A DNA stretch of 64,000 bases from Candidatus Bathyarchaeota archaeon. Its GTDB lineage: Archaea > Thermoproteota > Bathyarchaeia > Bathyarchaeales > Bathycorpusculaceae. Numbering within the stretch: position 1 is the stretch's first letter; the number at the start of each line of letters is the position of its first letter. Under the pieces are notes generated by a model that saw only the letters and a program-made list of their open reading frames with translations, ran no database searches and was not told where the DNA came from. A program made the translations under genes and the position numbers. The DNA lies in the NCBI GenBank assembly GCA_963715865.1, contig OY970280.1, positions 1,792,001-1,856,000 of the forward strand, written 5' to 3'. Shown here in pieces: positions 1 to 9,532 of the stretch.

Positions 1-1
1 A

Positions 2-124
2 GAAACAGAAAGACTAAGGCATGCAACACCTATAGTCAAATACCAAAACCCAGATTCATGGATTCTCGAATCAACCCTTCACGCCTTCTCAACTGCACCA
101 GTCAAAGAGAACACTGAACCGTAA
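2..124 (+). CDS. C-terminal fragment of a gene entering from outside the window
   Basis: Open frame ETERLRHATPIVKYQNPDSWILESTLHAFSTAPVKENTEP ends at TAA 122-124, convergent with arsC; function unknown. Confidence 0.4.
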   Translation, partial: ETERLRHATPIVKYQNPDSWILESTLHAFSTAPVKENTEP

Positions 125-137
125 CGTTCCAATCACT

Positions 138-530
138 CTAAGCACCTATTGTTAGTTCTTTAACCCTGCGCTCAATTTCATCCCTGATTTCTCGTACCTT
201 ATCTATCGATTTGCCTTTAGGGTCTTCAAGCGCCCAATCAAGAGTATCCTTAAAGAAGGGACCAGGACAAAGGTCAGCAGCTCCACAGCCCATAGTGACA
301 ATCAAGTCGGCTTTGTTTGCCATTTCCTGAGTGAGCAGTTTGGGCTTGTTCATAGATATGTCGATACCCTTTTCCTTCATGGCTTCCACTACAACCGGAT
401 TCACTTTGGGGGCTAATTTTATCCCTGCACTCTGTGCAGTTAGTTTTCCTTGGCCATACTTGTTGACGAAAGCTTCAGCCATTTGGCTTCTGCCAGCATT
501 CTCAACACAGACAAAAAGGACTCTTTTCAC
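138..530 (-). CDS. arsC: Thioredoxin-type arsenate reductase (LMW-PTP fold), copy 1
   Basis: P-loop CVENAGRS (CX5R), resolving Cys pair GCGAADLCP, W-x-L-E-D-P motif. Confidence 0.88.
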   Translation of the reverse strand: MKRVLFVCVENAGRSQMAEAFVNKYGQGKLTAQSAGIKLAPKVNPVVVEAMKEKGIDISMNKPKLLTQEMANKADLIVTMGCGAADLCPGPFFKDTLDWALEDPKGKSIDKVREIRDEIERRVKELTIGA

Positions 531-635
531 GTTTGAAGTTCACCTATTCTATATTCTTTCTTTGTAGACGCTAAGCATTAGGTCTTTCGCAGGTTTTTAA
601 TGTCTTGTGTGTTTCTTTTTTCACGTTTTCGGCAC

Positions 636-1982
636 TTAGCTTTGCTCACGCGAATAGTGTTTTCTGCGTCTAAGTATCATCGCTATGGCGGCGATTACTG
701 CGACAGCGATTGTAGCAGCTATTGGGTAAATGATTTCTGCTGGAAAAGACAGCGCTGGCTGAGTTGCCGGCGAAGGCGTGGGCGCTGTCAGCGGGGTGCC
801 CAACGCGTAAACGTTGTGGTCCCACGAACCCACATAAACGCAGCCGCCCGAAACAGCTGGAGAAGAATTCACATGACTTCGGGTGGTGTACGTCCATACG
901 TTTGCTCCAGTTAATGCGTTCAGGCAGTAGACGTTGCCATCCCAACCTCCCACGTAAACGTAGCCGCCGGCGACCGCAGGAGACGAATTCACCCCGTCTT
1001 GAGTGGTGTAGTTCCAGATTTTCGCTCCAGTTAACGCATTGAGACAGTAAACGTTTTTGTCCGGCTCCTCAGACTCCCCGGTCCCAACGTAAACGTATCC
1101 GTTGGCAACTGCGGGGGAAGAGTCAACCCAACCTTGAGTTGTGTAGTTCCATATTTTTGCTCCAGTTGAGGCGTTGAGGCAATATACGTTATAGTCTTCA
1201 GACCCAATGTAGACATAGCCACCGACAACTGCTGGGGAAGACTCCACCAGTTTCCCAGTTGTATAGTTCCATATTTTGTCGCCGGTTAACGCATCAAGAC
1301 AGTAGACGTTCCTGTCTGCTGATGCAATGTAAACATGGCCGCCGACGACGGCTGGAGAAGACTCTACAAGGCCTCCCGTTGTATAGTTCCATATTTTGTT
1401 TCCTGTCGCTGCGTCAAGGCAGTAGACGTTTCCATCCCACGAACCCACATAAACATAGCCATTAGCAACCGCGGGGCAAGACTCCACAGTATTTCCAGTT
1501 GTGAAATTCCACACTTTATCGCCTGTTGAAGCGTTCAGGCAATACACGTTGCGGTCGTAACATCCAAAGTAGACATAGCCATTAGCAACCGCCATTGAAG
1601 AACTTATTGCTGGGCCTCCTGCGCCTTGAAGCCCTCGGGTTGTGGCATGGATTGTGAAATTCCATATTTCGGATCCGTCTGACGCGTTAAGACAGTAAGC
1701 GATTCCGCCGTCAGAGCCTATATAGACGCGGCCATCAACGATTGCAGGCGAAGCCCCAACTACGCTATTGGTCGTATAGTTCCATAGTAAAGTGTCGTAA
1801 GTTGCAGTTGGTGTGCTGGTTGAGTAGCCTGCGTGAGTTAGATCATGATGAAACATTGGCCAATCATCCGAGGAAGAATTAGCATATGCAAGCGAGGCTG
1901 GAGACAATACGAGACAGAAAAACGCTGATGAGGTCAAAACAAAGGTGACGAAAATGATCAGGGCATGGTTAGATTTTTTCAT
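636..1982 (-). CDS. Secreted, membrane-anchored PQQ/BamB-like beta-propeller repeat protein
   Basis: N-terminal signal peptide, WPMFHHD start, about eight ~40-aa repeats VYCLNAxTGxKIWNYTT..SSPAV.GYVYVG, P/T-rich linker, C-terminal TM helix followed by RRRK. Confidence 0.88.
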   Translation of the reverse strand: MKKSNHALIIFVTFVLTSSAFFCLVLSPASLAYANSSSDDWPMFHHDLTHAGYSTSTPTATYDTLLWNYTTNSVVGASPAIVDGRVYIGSDGGIAYCLNASDGSEIWNFTIHATTRGLQGAGGPAISSSMAVANGYVYFGCYDRNVYCLNASTGDKVWNFTTGNTVESCPAVANGYVYVGSWDGNVYCLDAATGNKIWNYTTGGLVESSPAVVGGHVYIASADRNVYCLDALTGDKIWNYTTGKLVESSPAVVGGYVYIGSEDYNVYCLNASTGAKIWNYTTQGWVDSSPAVANGYVYVGTGESEEPDKNVYCLNALTGAKIWNYTTQDGVNSSPAVAGGYVYVGGWDGNVYCLNALTGANVWTYTTRSHVNSSPAVSGGCVYVGSWDHNVYALGTPLTAPTPSPATQPALSFPAEIIYPIAATIAVAVIAAIAMILRRRKHYSREQS

Positions 1983-2245
1983 GGTGAACCATCCTTGAAA
2001 GCAAATGCTATATTGTTATATTTATGTTTTGATATATTCTCAATTTCTTTTCGGACACGCCAATCCTTGGGCATCCCGGGATGTTCAGAATTATTTTTCA
2101 ATCGCGCAGCGAATACTATACTTCGTTCTCGGCTTCAGCATTATCGACCCTAAACTACCTTTACGGAGCTTCCGAATTGTTTTTTCAATGAATGTGAGTC
2201 AACTAAATAACAATATTTAAATATTCACTTCCGCCCCCCGTTATA

Positions 2246-2575
2246 GTGATGTATCCGAAATCAGAAAACAAGAACAAGCTCAAGGCTAAACTTTTCAAAG
2301 CCCTCTCAGACCCCGTCAGGCTTGACATACTTGAGTTTCTATGTGACGGAGAAAAGTGCGTTTGCGAAATTATCCCTCACCTGAAGCTCGTCCAGCCACT
2401 AGTGTCTCGCCACCTAAAGATCCTAAAGGACCGCGGAATAGTCAGCTACAGAAAAGAAGGCAACAGAAGACTCTACTCAATAACGAACCAGCAAATATTC
2501 AGAATTATTGACGACGTAACCCCTGAACTTGTTGATGCATGCACAGAAAAGATGCTTGAGCAGATGGAAGAATAA
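2246..2575 (+). CDS. arsR: ArsR/SmtB family transcriptional regulator, copy 1
   Basis: LFKALSDPVRLDIL, EKCVCEI metal site, VSRHLKIL HTH. Confidence 0.88.
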   Translation: MMYPKSENKNKLKAKLFKALSDPVRLDILEFLCDGEKCVCEIIPHLKLVQPLVSRHLKILKDRGIVSYRKEGNRRLYSITNQQIFRIIDDVTPELVDACTEKMLEQMEE

Positions 2576-2608
2576 AGTGAAGTATAAGCAGACCAGAAGG
2601 GGCAGTTA

Positions 2609-2770
2609 GTGGATTACCCTTTATGTGAACGTGCCAATTGCATAAACTGGAAAAAAGGACGTTGCGTCCTCAAAGAGCCAGAGAAAAGTGGAGATTCTTG
2701 TCTAAACTATGAGGATGCAATGGATTCGCTTAGGCTGAAGGCAGACGCAATAAAAGGAACACTTGGATAA
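2609..2770 (+). CDS. Small four-Cys hypothetical protein (53 aa), not in ORF track
   Basis: GTG start after GAAGGGG; translates MDYPLCERANCINWKKGRCVLKEPEKSGDSCLNYEDAMDSLRLKADAIKGTLG, TAA 2768-2770. Confidence 0.55.
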   Translation: MDYPLCERANCINWKKGRCVLKEPEKSGDSCLNYEDAMDSLRLKADAIKGTLG

Positions 2771-3001
2771 AATACTAAAACAGCATGCTTCGCGTTTTAG
2801 CTCTCGCCGCAAGCTAACTCACCCATAGCCTTGATGTATCGTTGCGCATCTTCAACTGTTTTGCACGGCCCATAAATGAAGTTATATCGAGGGTTGGTTT
2901 CCTTTGTTGGATCAGTTTCTCTTTCAAAAACTTCGGGTTTCGCTTTCTCTTTTATTCCAATATATATTCCCAAATTCTTCCCTCTTTTCTAACAAATGTG
3001 C

Positions 3002-3400
3002 TTACCGAGTTTGTTCAGCTATTAGGTTCTGGACTCTGCGCTCGATTTCGTCTCTGATTTCTTTTACTTTCTCGATGGGTTTGCCTTTTGGATCCTCAAG
3101 CTTCCAATCAACTGTGGGCTTAAAGAATGGTCCGGGGCAGATTCCTTGATCATTGCAGCCCAAGGTTACAATCAAATCTACATCTAGCGCCATTTTGGCA
3201 GTGAGCAATTTTGGTTTGTTCATTGAAATATCGATGTCTATCTCTTTCATGGCTTCCACAACTACAGGGTTAACTTTGTCAGCTGGTTTATTGCCGGCAC
3301 TGGATGCAACGAAAATGTCTTTTCCGTACTTGTTGGCGAAAGCCTCTGCCATTTGACTTCTGCCAGCGTTCTCAACACAGACAAAAAGGACTCTTTTCAC
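3002..3400 (-). CDS. arsC: Thioredoxin-type arsenate reductase, copy 2
   Basis: N-terminus MKRVLFVCVENAGRSQMAEAF identical to copy 1; GCNDQGICP resolving Cys pair. Confidence 0.88.
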   Translation of the reverse strand: MKRVLFVCVENAGRSQMAEAFANKYGKDIFVASSAGNKPADKVNPVVVEAMKEIDIDISMNKPKLLTAKMALDVDLIVTLGCNDQGICPGPFFKPTVDWKLEDPKGKPIEKVKEIRDEIERRVQNLIAEQTR

Positions 3401-3419
3401 GTTTGATTTTCACCTAATC

Positions 3420-3728
3420 TTAATTCTTTGAATGAGGACGCAACATGTGGAGCTTTCGCAAGTTCTTGATTATCTCACGGGTTTCTTTTTTCGGAGGATG
3501 TGTGATGGCGCCGGCAGGGCATATTCCGTCACAGCCCGTACAGAGCACTACGCAGTTGTTTGGGTTTTTCACGATTGGCCTTTTTTTTCCGTCTTTTTCT
3601 ACAAATTCATAAGTGCCTAGCGTGCAATATTCTACGCATTTGCCGCAGCTGACGCATTTTTCGTAGTCTACTGTGGGGTACCAGGGTATTTTGTTTCGGG
3701 GAATTCCGTGCCAAGTTTCTTCAGACAT
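3420..3728 (-). CDS. 2x[4Fe-4S] ferredoxin
   Basis: CVSCGKCVEYC and CVVLCTGCDGICP cluster motifs. Confidence 0.85.
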   Translation of the reverse strand: MSEETWHGIPRNKIPWYPTVDYEKCVSCGKCVEYCTLGTYEFVEKDGKKRPIVKNPNNCVVLCTGCDGICPAGAITHPPKKETREIIKNLRKLHMLRPHSKN

Positions 3729-3792
3729 CTTTTTGTCGCCTTTTTTTATTGCATATTTGTTTTGTACTCATATTCATAGCAACTTTTAAATA

Positions 3793-4146
3793 TTGTTATC
3801 AACACTAAAGCAAACCATGTCCGCAAAAGAGGAAAACCAGAACCGGTTCAAATCAACAGTTTTCCACGCACTCTCCGATCCAATCAGACTCGAAATAATA
3901 TCGTTTTTGCGAGATGGCGAAAAGTGCGTCTGCGAAATAGTTCCACACTTAAACCTCATTCAACCGCTCGTTTCGCGCCACTTGAAAATACTCAAAGATA
4001 CTGGAATAGTAAGGTGTCGAAAGGACGGAACCAAAAGAATGTACTCAATTGTAGATCCGAGAATACACAATATCGTTGATGAGTTAACACCAGAACTTGT
4101 CAGCACACTAACAAAAGAGGTTCTGGATCAAATGACCTGTAGATAG
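3793..4146 (+). CDS. arsR: ArsR/SmtB family transcriptional regulator, copy 2
   Basis: FHALSDPIRLEII, EKCVCEI, VSRHLKIL; paralog of 2246..2575. True start may be ATG at 3817. Confidence 0.88.
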   Translation: MLSTLKQTMSAKEENQNRFKSTVFHALSDPIRLEIISFLRDGEKCVCEIVPHLNLIQPLVSRHLKILKDTGIVRCRKDGTKRMYSIVDPRIHNIVDELTPELVSTLTKEVLDQMTCR

Positions 4147-4150
4147 AAGG

Positions 4151-4441
4151 GTGAACAATTTGGAAACAAAAAAAGAACATGTACAAAAAACTGAGAAAGT
4201 TATCCTAAACGCTTCAAAAGCAGACTGCACAGGATGCAGCGTTTGTTCTGATTTTAAAGCAGACAGCCTTCGACATGCAGTCGCTAGGTTAAACGGAGTC
4301 TCAAAAGTCAAAGTTGACGAGATAACCGGCAAGGTCACAATAGAATACGACACACAAAAAATCAGTTTCTCCAAGATCACTGAACGCATTGAAAAACTCG
4401 GCTATCAAGTTGAAGTATTATCAAGAGAAGAAATCCAATGA
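4151..4441 (+). CDS. HMA-domain metal chaperone (CopZ-like)
   Basis: CTGCSVC motif then LNGVSKVKVD..TGKVTIEYD..KIS...I.ERIEKLGY HMA pattern; stop overlaps ATPase start. Confidence 0.75.
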   Translation: MNNLETKKEHVQKTEKVILNASKADCTGCSVCSDFKADSLRHAVARLNGVSKVKVDEITGKVTIEYDTQKISFSKITERIEKLGYQVEVLSREEIQ

Positions 4442-6363
4442 GAGAACATTTCAAAGGCGTAATTCTAGTAATTTTACTTGGGCTATTCGCTTTAGCAGGC
4501 GCCCTAATATCTGGAACTCAAGTAGCTTACGCGCATGAAATTAGCATTATTTTAACTTTAATCGCCGTTGCCTTGGGCTACCGCATCTATTTGCATGGCA
4601 TTCGATCTCTGCTTCACGGGAACGTTACCGCCCAATTGTTCGCAACCATTGCCATCTTCATTTCAGTAATAGCTGGTCTCGTCTCACCTTCAGCATCAGC
4701 TACTGGCACAGCAGAAGCAGTTGGTTACCTCACAGCATCAGCTATAGTGGCTTTCATTATACTCGCAGGTATGACGCTTGAAGAATACATTATCCATAGA
4801 ACAAGAGGCGCCCTCGAGAAGCTCATAAACATGAGCCCCAACACCGCTCGCATACGTCGAGACAGTGCAGAAGTTGAAGTACCCATAGACGAGGTTAAAG
4901 TAGGCGAAATCGTCTTAGTCAAACCAGGCGACAAAATACCAGTTGACGGAACAGTAATTTCTGGACACAGCACCATCAACCAAGCAACGATAACGGGTGA
5001 ATCAATTCCTGTAGAAAAGACAGTAGGCGACCGCACATTTGCTGGCACACTCAATGAGCATGGGGCTTTAGAAATTAAAGTCGAAAAAATCGCTGAGGAC
5101 ACTACACTTGCCCACCTCATTCAATTAGTCGAAGAAGCTCAAGAGAAAAAAGCACCCATACAGAACGTTGCTGACAGATTTACCACTTACTTCTTGCCAA
5201 TCATGGCAGTTTTGTCATCTTCTGTCTTTGCAGCCAGTTATTTCACACTTGGTTTTGAAGTTGCACTCGCTAGAACCGTAACTGTTCTCTTAGTCGCATG
5301 TCCTTGCGCGCTATCAATAGCTGTTCCCGTCGCTGTAGCCGCAACCATTGGTAATGCCAGCATGAACGCCATAATAATCAAAGGCGGCACACACATCGAA
5401 AAGCTAAAAGACGTTACGCTGGTCGCATTTGACAAAACTGGCACGTTAACCATCGGCGAACCCGGGGTTGTCGAGATCAAAACTTTCGGTAATTACTCTG
5501 AAGCAGATACAATTAAGTATGCAGCAATTGCTGAGAAATTTTCAGAACACCCCTTATCCAAAGCCATCATCACTAAGGCAACTGAGATGAGCTTGAAAAT
5601 TCCTGACCCCACAGATTTCAAAACTATTCCTGGGCAAGGCGTGGATGCCCATTACGGAAATAAACATATCCTAATTGGAAGAAAGATGATGGAAACGGAG
5701 TTTTCAGAAGAAGAGAATCAATTGATGAGCATGGTCGAAAGCGAGGGAAAAACAGCTATCCCCGTAGCACTAGACGGAAATGTTATCGGCGTAGTCATTG
5801 TGGCTGACACAGTCAGGGAGAATTCTTTGGAAGCCATACAGAGGCTCAAGCGTTTAGGTGTCAAAACTGCTATGTTGACTGGCGATAATGCGCGGACTGC
5901 TAAATCTATCGCTGAGCAGATTGGTGTTGATGAGTACCATGCTGAGCTTTTGCCTGAACAGAAAGTTGCGGTTATTGGAGAACTGAAAAAAGGCAATGTT
6001 GTTGCGATGGTTGGTGACGGTGTGAATGATGCTCCTGCGTTAGCTAATTCGGATGTTGGGTTTGCGATGGGCGCGGCAGGCAGCGATGTAGCCATTGAGA
6101 CTGCTGACGTGGCTCTGCTTGGCGACGACTTAACAAAGGTTGAATACGCGATCAGCCTAAGTCGGAAGGCATTTAACAGAATGAAGGGGAACATAGTTTA
6201 CGCCTTTATCTGGAACATTGTCGCATTGAGCTTAGCCGCCTTCGGTATCTTGAATCCAGTCTTAGCTGTTGTTCTTGCAGAAGCCGGATGCATTTCAGTT
6301 GTAATCAATTCTGCTTTACTGTTGCTGAGTAAGCCAAAGCCGCTAGCCAAGATTAAGGGCTAA
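4438..6363 (+). CDS. Heavy-metal-translocating P1B-type ATPase
   Basis: TGES, CPC, DKTGT, HP, TGDN and GDGVNDAPAL motifs. Confidence 0.95.
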   Translation: MREHFKGVILVILLGLFALAGALISGTQVAYAHEISIILTLIAVALGYRIYLHGIRSLLHGNVTAQLFATIAIFISVIAGLVSPSASATGTAEAVGYLTASAIVAFIILAGMTLEEYIIHRTRGALEKLINMSPNTARIRRDSAEVEVPIDEVKVGEIVLVKPGDKIPVDGTVISGHSTINQATITGESIPVEKTVGDRTFAGTLNEHGALEIKVEKIAEDTTLAHLIQLVEEAQEKKAPIQNVADRFTTYFLPIMAVLSSSVFAASYFTLGFEVALARTVTVLLVACPCALSIAVPVAVAATIGNASMNAIIIKGGTHIEKLKDVTLVAFDKTGTLTIGEPGVVEIKTFGNYSEADTIKYAAIAEKFSEHPLSKAIITKATEMSLKIPDPTDFKTIPGQGVDAHYGNKHILIGRKMMETEFSEEENQLMSMVESEGKTAIPVALDGNVIGVVIVADTVRENSLEAIQRLKRLGVKTAMLTGDNARTAKSIAEQIGVDEYHAELLPEQKVAVIGELKKGNVVAMVGDGVNDAPALANSDVGFAMGAAGSDVAIETADVALLGDDLTKVEYAISLSRKAFNRMKGNIVYAFIWNIVALSLAAFGILNPVLAVVLAEAGCISVVINSALLLLSKPKPLAKIKG

Positions 6364-6509
6364 TCATTATCGTAAAAAGTATGAGGATCTCGGAAAAACA
6401 AAAACCAATTAAAAAGAACATTTTACTTTCACTTAACCCTCCACTGCTTAGCGTAGCAGTTTCTCAGGTCATCTTTTAACCACTACCGAACGATAACCAT
6501 GACTCACGG

Positions 6510-6749
6510 ATGACTCATATGAAAAAGAAAACAGCACTCTTAGCAACCGAGGAAGACCTCTTGGTTGATTTGACGTTTCATGGTATTCCAGCCTCACTCA
6601 TTACAGAGTTTGCTCAAAAAATTGTGAAACCCTACTACAGTGGCAACTTGAACACTGCAGTCCAAGACCTAATCAACAAAGCCCTATCAGAACAAGAATT
6701 CATCCACTCGCACATAACGCACATTAGAAGCTCCTTTAAGCAGCATTAA
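6510..6749 (+). CDS. Hypothetical protein, possibly ribbon-helix-helix-like
   Basis: 79-aa ORF with beta-helix-helix-like pattern (LLVDLTF..IPASLITEFAQKIV..NLNTAVQDLINKAL). Confidence 0.5.
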   Translation: MTHMKKKTALLATEEDLLVDLTFHGIPASLITEFAQKIVKPYYSGNLNTAVQDLINKALSEQEFIHSHITHIRSSFKQH

Positions 6750-6893
6750 ATGACGGAATGTACAGTTCAGACAATGGATACAAAAATTGTTCGACAAAAA
6801 AAATCAATCCATGTAGATTGTAACAGCGACAAACAAGCAATTAATGTTAACCTGATTAATCGTATATGCGTTAATGCTTAGAAATTTGCCTAA

Positions 6894-7607
6894 CTACTTT
6901 CTAATCCGCTCAATCTTCTCTACACTGCCAACTGATCCAACGTAAGCAATGTCAGTTAACCCGACAAAAAAACCTGTTTCCACAACGCCAGGAATCATCT
7001 TCAGCTTTGCATCTAACTCTCCAGGTTTAGCTATCTCACCAAAATTTGCGTCTAAAATGGCGTTTCCATTATCAGTTATTACTGGACCAAGCTTGCCTTT
7101 GCCTTCCCGCAAAACAGGCTTTCCACCAACAGCAATGATTTTTCGTTTCACAAGCGAAATAGCAAAAGGCAAAACTTCTATGGGCACTGACTGATTGTTT
7201 TCACCTAACACCTTCACCTTTTTCTGCTGGTCAGCAATTATAATGTTAAGTTTAGAGGCTGCAGCAACAATTTTTTCTCTCGCCAGCGCTGCACCCATAC
7301 CTTTGATCAGATTTAATTCAGGGGTTATTTGATCTGCCCCATCAATCGTCACATTTATTTCTGGATGCTCATCCAGCGTTGTTATCGGAATTCCACAATC
7401 AACAGCTAACAAGAAAGCTTGATAAGAAGTGGGAACACCCATGATGTGCAGTTTTTCGCGTTTCATTCTTTCTCCTAGTGCTTCTATGGCAAACGCAGCT
7501 GTGCTTCCGCTTCCTAAACCCACAATAAAGCCGTCCTCAACATGTTTAACCGCTTCTAAGGCTGCTTTTCGTTTTGCCTCTTGAATTGGCTCAAGGTTAG
7601 CTTTCAA
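6894..7607 (-). CDS. rpiA: Ribose-5-phosphate isomerase A
   Basis: GLGSGST, DGADQ, IKGMGAALAREKIV, VITDNGN, PGVVETG. Confidence 0.95.
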   Translation of the reverse strand: MKANLEPIQEAKRKAALEAVKHVEDGFIVGLGSGSTAAFAIEALGERMKREKLHIMGVPTSYQAFLLAVDCGIPITTLDEHPEINVTIDGADQITPELNLIKGMGAALAREKIVAAASKLNIIIADQQKKVKVLGENNQSVPIEVLPFAISLVKRKIIAVGGKPVLREGKGKLGPVITDNGNAILDANFGEIAKPGELDAKLKMIPGVVETGFFVGLTDIAYVGSVGSVEKIERIRK

Positions 7608-8328
7608 TTTCCATTTGCCCCAGCCTATCTAAAACCTTCTCAACTTCACTTCTAATGGATTCTATTCTTTTTTCAGCTTCAGTTTTAGCGTCAGGTTTTT
7701 CTTCTGGCAGTTTCCGTTTCTTTTTCGCTTTCTCCTCGCCTGCTTCTTCCTCTTCCGCCTCTTCCTCAATTTCTTCTATCTGCGTTGCTGGCATTTGCGT
7801 GGGTAATTTTACAGGTATCTCTTTTATCGGTTTAACGTCAATTTTTGTTCTAAGCTCTTCAACCTTTGATGTTAATTCTCCGAAGCGTTCACTGAAAAGC
7901 TTCATTAAATCTTCCTGCATACCTTCAAGATCATGCAGTGCAACTATTGTTTCATCTTTCGCGATGGATTCTTTAATAGACATCATTCTTGCCTTGTAGG
8001 TTCCTGCAAGTTTTTCTCTTTCTTGCTCTGAAATTTTGCCTTCCGCTTGGGCTTCATACAAGCGGCGTAGTGCATCGCCTAAAATCTCTCTTTCTAAATC
8101 TAGGATTCGCAGTTCGTCTTTCGCGTTAAAAGCCGTTGTTGTCTGGACGCTTTTAGAAATTTTAAAGGGTAAACCAGCATACTCAAGGCTTGAATCACCT
8201 ATTTTTTGAGGCTTTTTCTGCGGAGCTTTTCTGCCCAGCCTTCGCATGGCAGAAATAATTATTCCGCAGGCGATCATTATCACTACCGCAACTGCAATGA
8301 CTGTTAAGGGGTCATCATACCAAGCCAT
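7597..8328 (-). CDS. Membrane-anchored coiled-coil hypothetical protein
   Basis: N-terminal TM helix, long helical E/K-rich body; stop overlaps rpiA start. Confidence 0.7.
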   Translation of the reverse strand: MAWYDDPLTVIAVAVVIMIACGIIISAMRRLGRKAPQKKPQKIGDSSLEYAGLPFKISKSVQTTTAFNAKDELRILDLEREILGDALRRLYEAQAEGKISEQEREKLAGTYKARMMSIKESIAKDETIVALHDLEGMQEDLMKLFSERFGELTSKVEELRTKIDVKPIKEIPVKLPTQMPATQIEEIEEEAEEEEAGEEKAKKKRKLPEEKPDAKTEAEKRIESIRSEVEKVLDRLGQMEIES

Positions 8329-8428
8329 GCCAAGCTGTCCTCGGTTATCTTGATTGCGTTTCGTGTATATATAAATTAATACAAGTATTCAATGCGGTTT
8401 TCCAAGTTTAAATATTGGTAATGTCTGT

Positions 8429-8977
8429 CTATGCTGTTTTTACTTTCTTAACCTGCGCCTTCTCAAGAGCTCCAACAATAGGCAACGTAACGACAACGCC
8501 GATTATTCCGCCAAGAACTGTCCAGCCGCCCCAAACAGTAAGTACAACCATGAGCGGAAGTTTGAGGATGACGATTCCGTTTACAAGAGCAGCAACATAG
8601 GCGCAAACCATCGAGGCTAAAACAGCAACTGCAATGTTAACTGGCTTCGTGTTTATTCTGTGATGATTAACTAATAGCACTAAATCAAACAGTATCGCTG
8701 CAGGTACAAACCCCAAGACTGGAAGCGGGCCACCAGCAAGCAAAGCAATCGCAGAACCTATTATACCAACAGCTGACGCAGCACCATACTGGCCAGTAGC
8801 CCAAGTAACAAGAAGAAGCATAAAAAAAATTATTACGCCATGAACTACTGGTAAACCAAACAGGCTAAAGCCAAGCGGCGCCACTGTTAGGTTCAAAGCT
8901 ACCCATAACGCGCTGAAAATGCTGATTAATGCAATGTTGACTGTGAAGCGGTTTTGGTTTGTTTGTGGTTCAATCAT
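8429..8977 (-). CDS. Multi-TM membrane protein, ECF S-component-like
   Basis: 182 aa, 5-6 hydrophobic segments, N-terminal IALISIFSALW helix typical of S components. Confidence 0.55.
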   Translation of the reverse strand: MIEPQTNQNRFTVNIALISIFSALWVALNLTVAPLGFSLFGLPVVHGVIIFFMLLLVTWATGQYGAASAVGIIGSAIALLAGGPLPVLGFVPAAILFDLVLLVNHHRINTKPVNIAVAVLASMVCAYVAALVNGIVILKLPLMVVLTVWGGWTVLGGIIGVVVTLPIVGALEKAQVKKVKTA

Positions 8978-9127
8978 GCAGTAACACTTCTTTACAGTTT
9001 AGTAACACTGCAAGCATAAAAATCTTCTCATAACTTCAACTTAGCGCTATTATCAATAAATAGTTAACCGAAGAGTTATTCTGACGCAACCAATTTGCTC
9101 AGAAAATCCTGATGCAAATCAGCACAG

Positions 9128-9532
9128 GTGTGGCTAAGGGCTATGTTTAAATTGGAAACTGTTACACCAAACCTAATTGTGAAAGCCATAACAATACTTG
9201 GCGCCATTGCGGTTACAGTATTATTCTTCTTTGCAATAGTGTTCGCTCTTGCCGCTTCAGTTCAAGCGACAGCAACGAGGCTTGTTACAAGTGGTTTGCT
9301 TTTCATTATTGGCCTTGCCGTAATCGTGGGCATCTATTATGTTACGCGCAAACCAAAAACAGTTATCCAGCGATTAGAAGTTTCAGGACAAATGAAAGCT
9401 GAAGCAATCAAGTGCCCAAACTGTTCAGCGTCAATAGATGCTAACCAAATAAAAATTGTGTCAGGCGTGCCCTATGTTAAATGCCCCTATTGCGGTACCA
9501 CGTTTGAGGTTACTGAGGAACCAAAATGGTGA
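9128..9532 (+). CDS. Two-TM membrane protein with C-terminal zinc ribbon
   Basis: Two hydrophobic helices, then CPNC...CPYC; overlaps start of next gene. Confidence 0.7.
   Translation: MWLRAMFKLETVTPNLIVKAITILGAIAVTVLFFFAIVFALAASVQATATRLVTSGLLFIIGLAVIVGIYYVTRKPKTVIQRLEVSGQMKAEAIKCPNCSASIDANQIKIVSGVPYVKCPYCGTTFEVTEEPKW

Noticed and set aside
600-1529. Several plus-strand ORFs opposite the PQQ-propeller gene, and the DNA repeats there
   Set aside because: Shadow frames; the repeats are explained by the ~40-aa protein repeat.
2212-2225. Palindrome AATATTTAAATATT upstream of arsR1 as an operator
   Set aside because: A/T-only and coincides with the likely TATA box; cannot be distinguished from a promoter or chance.
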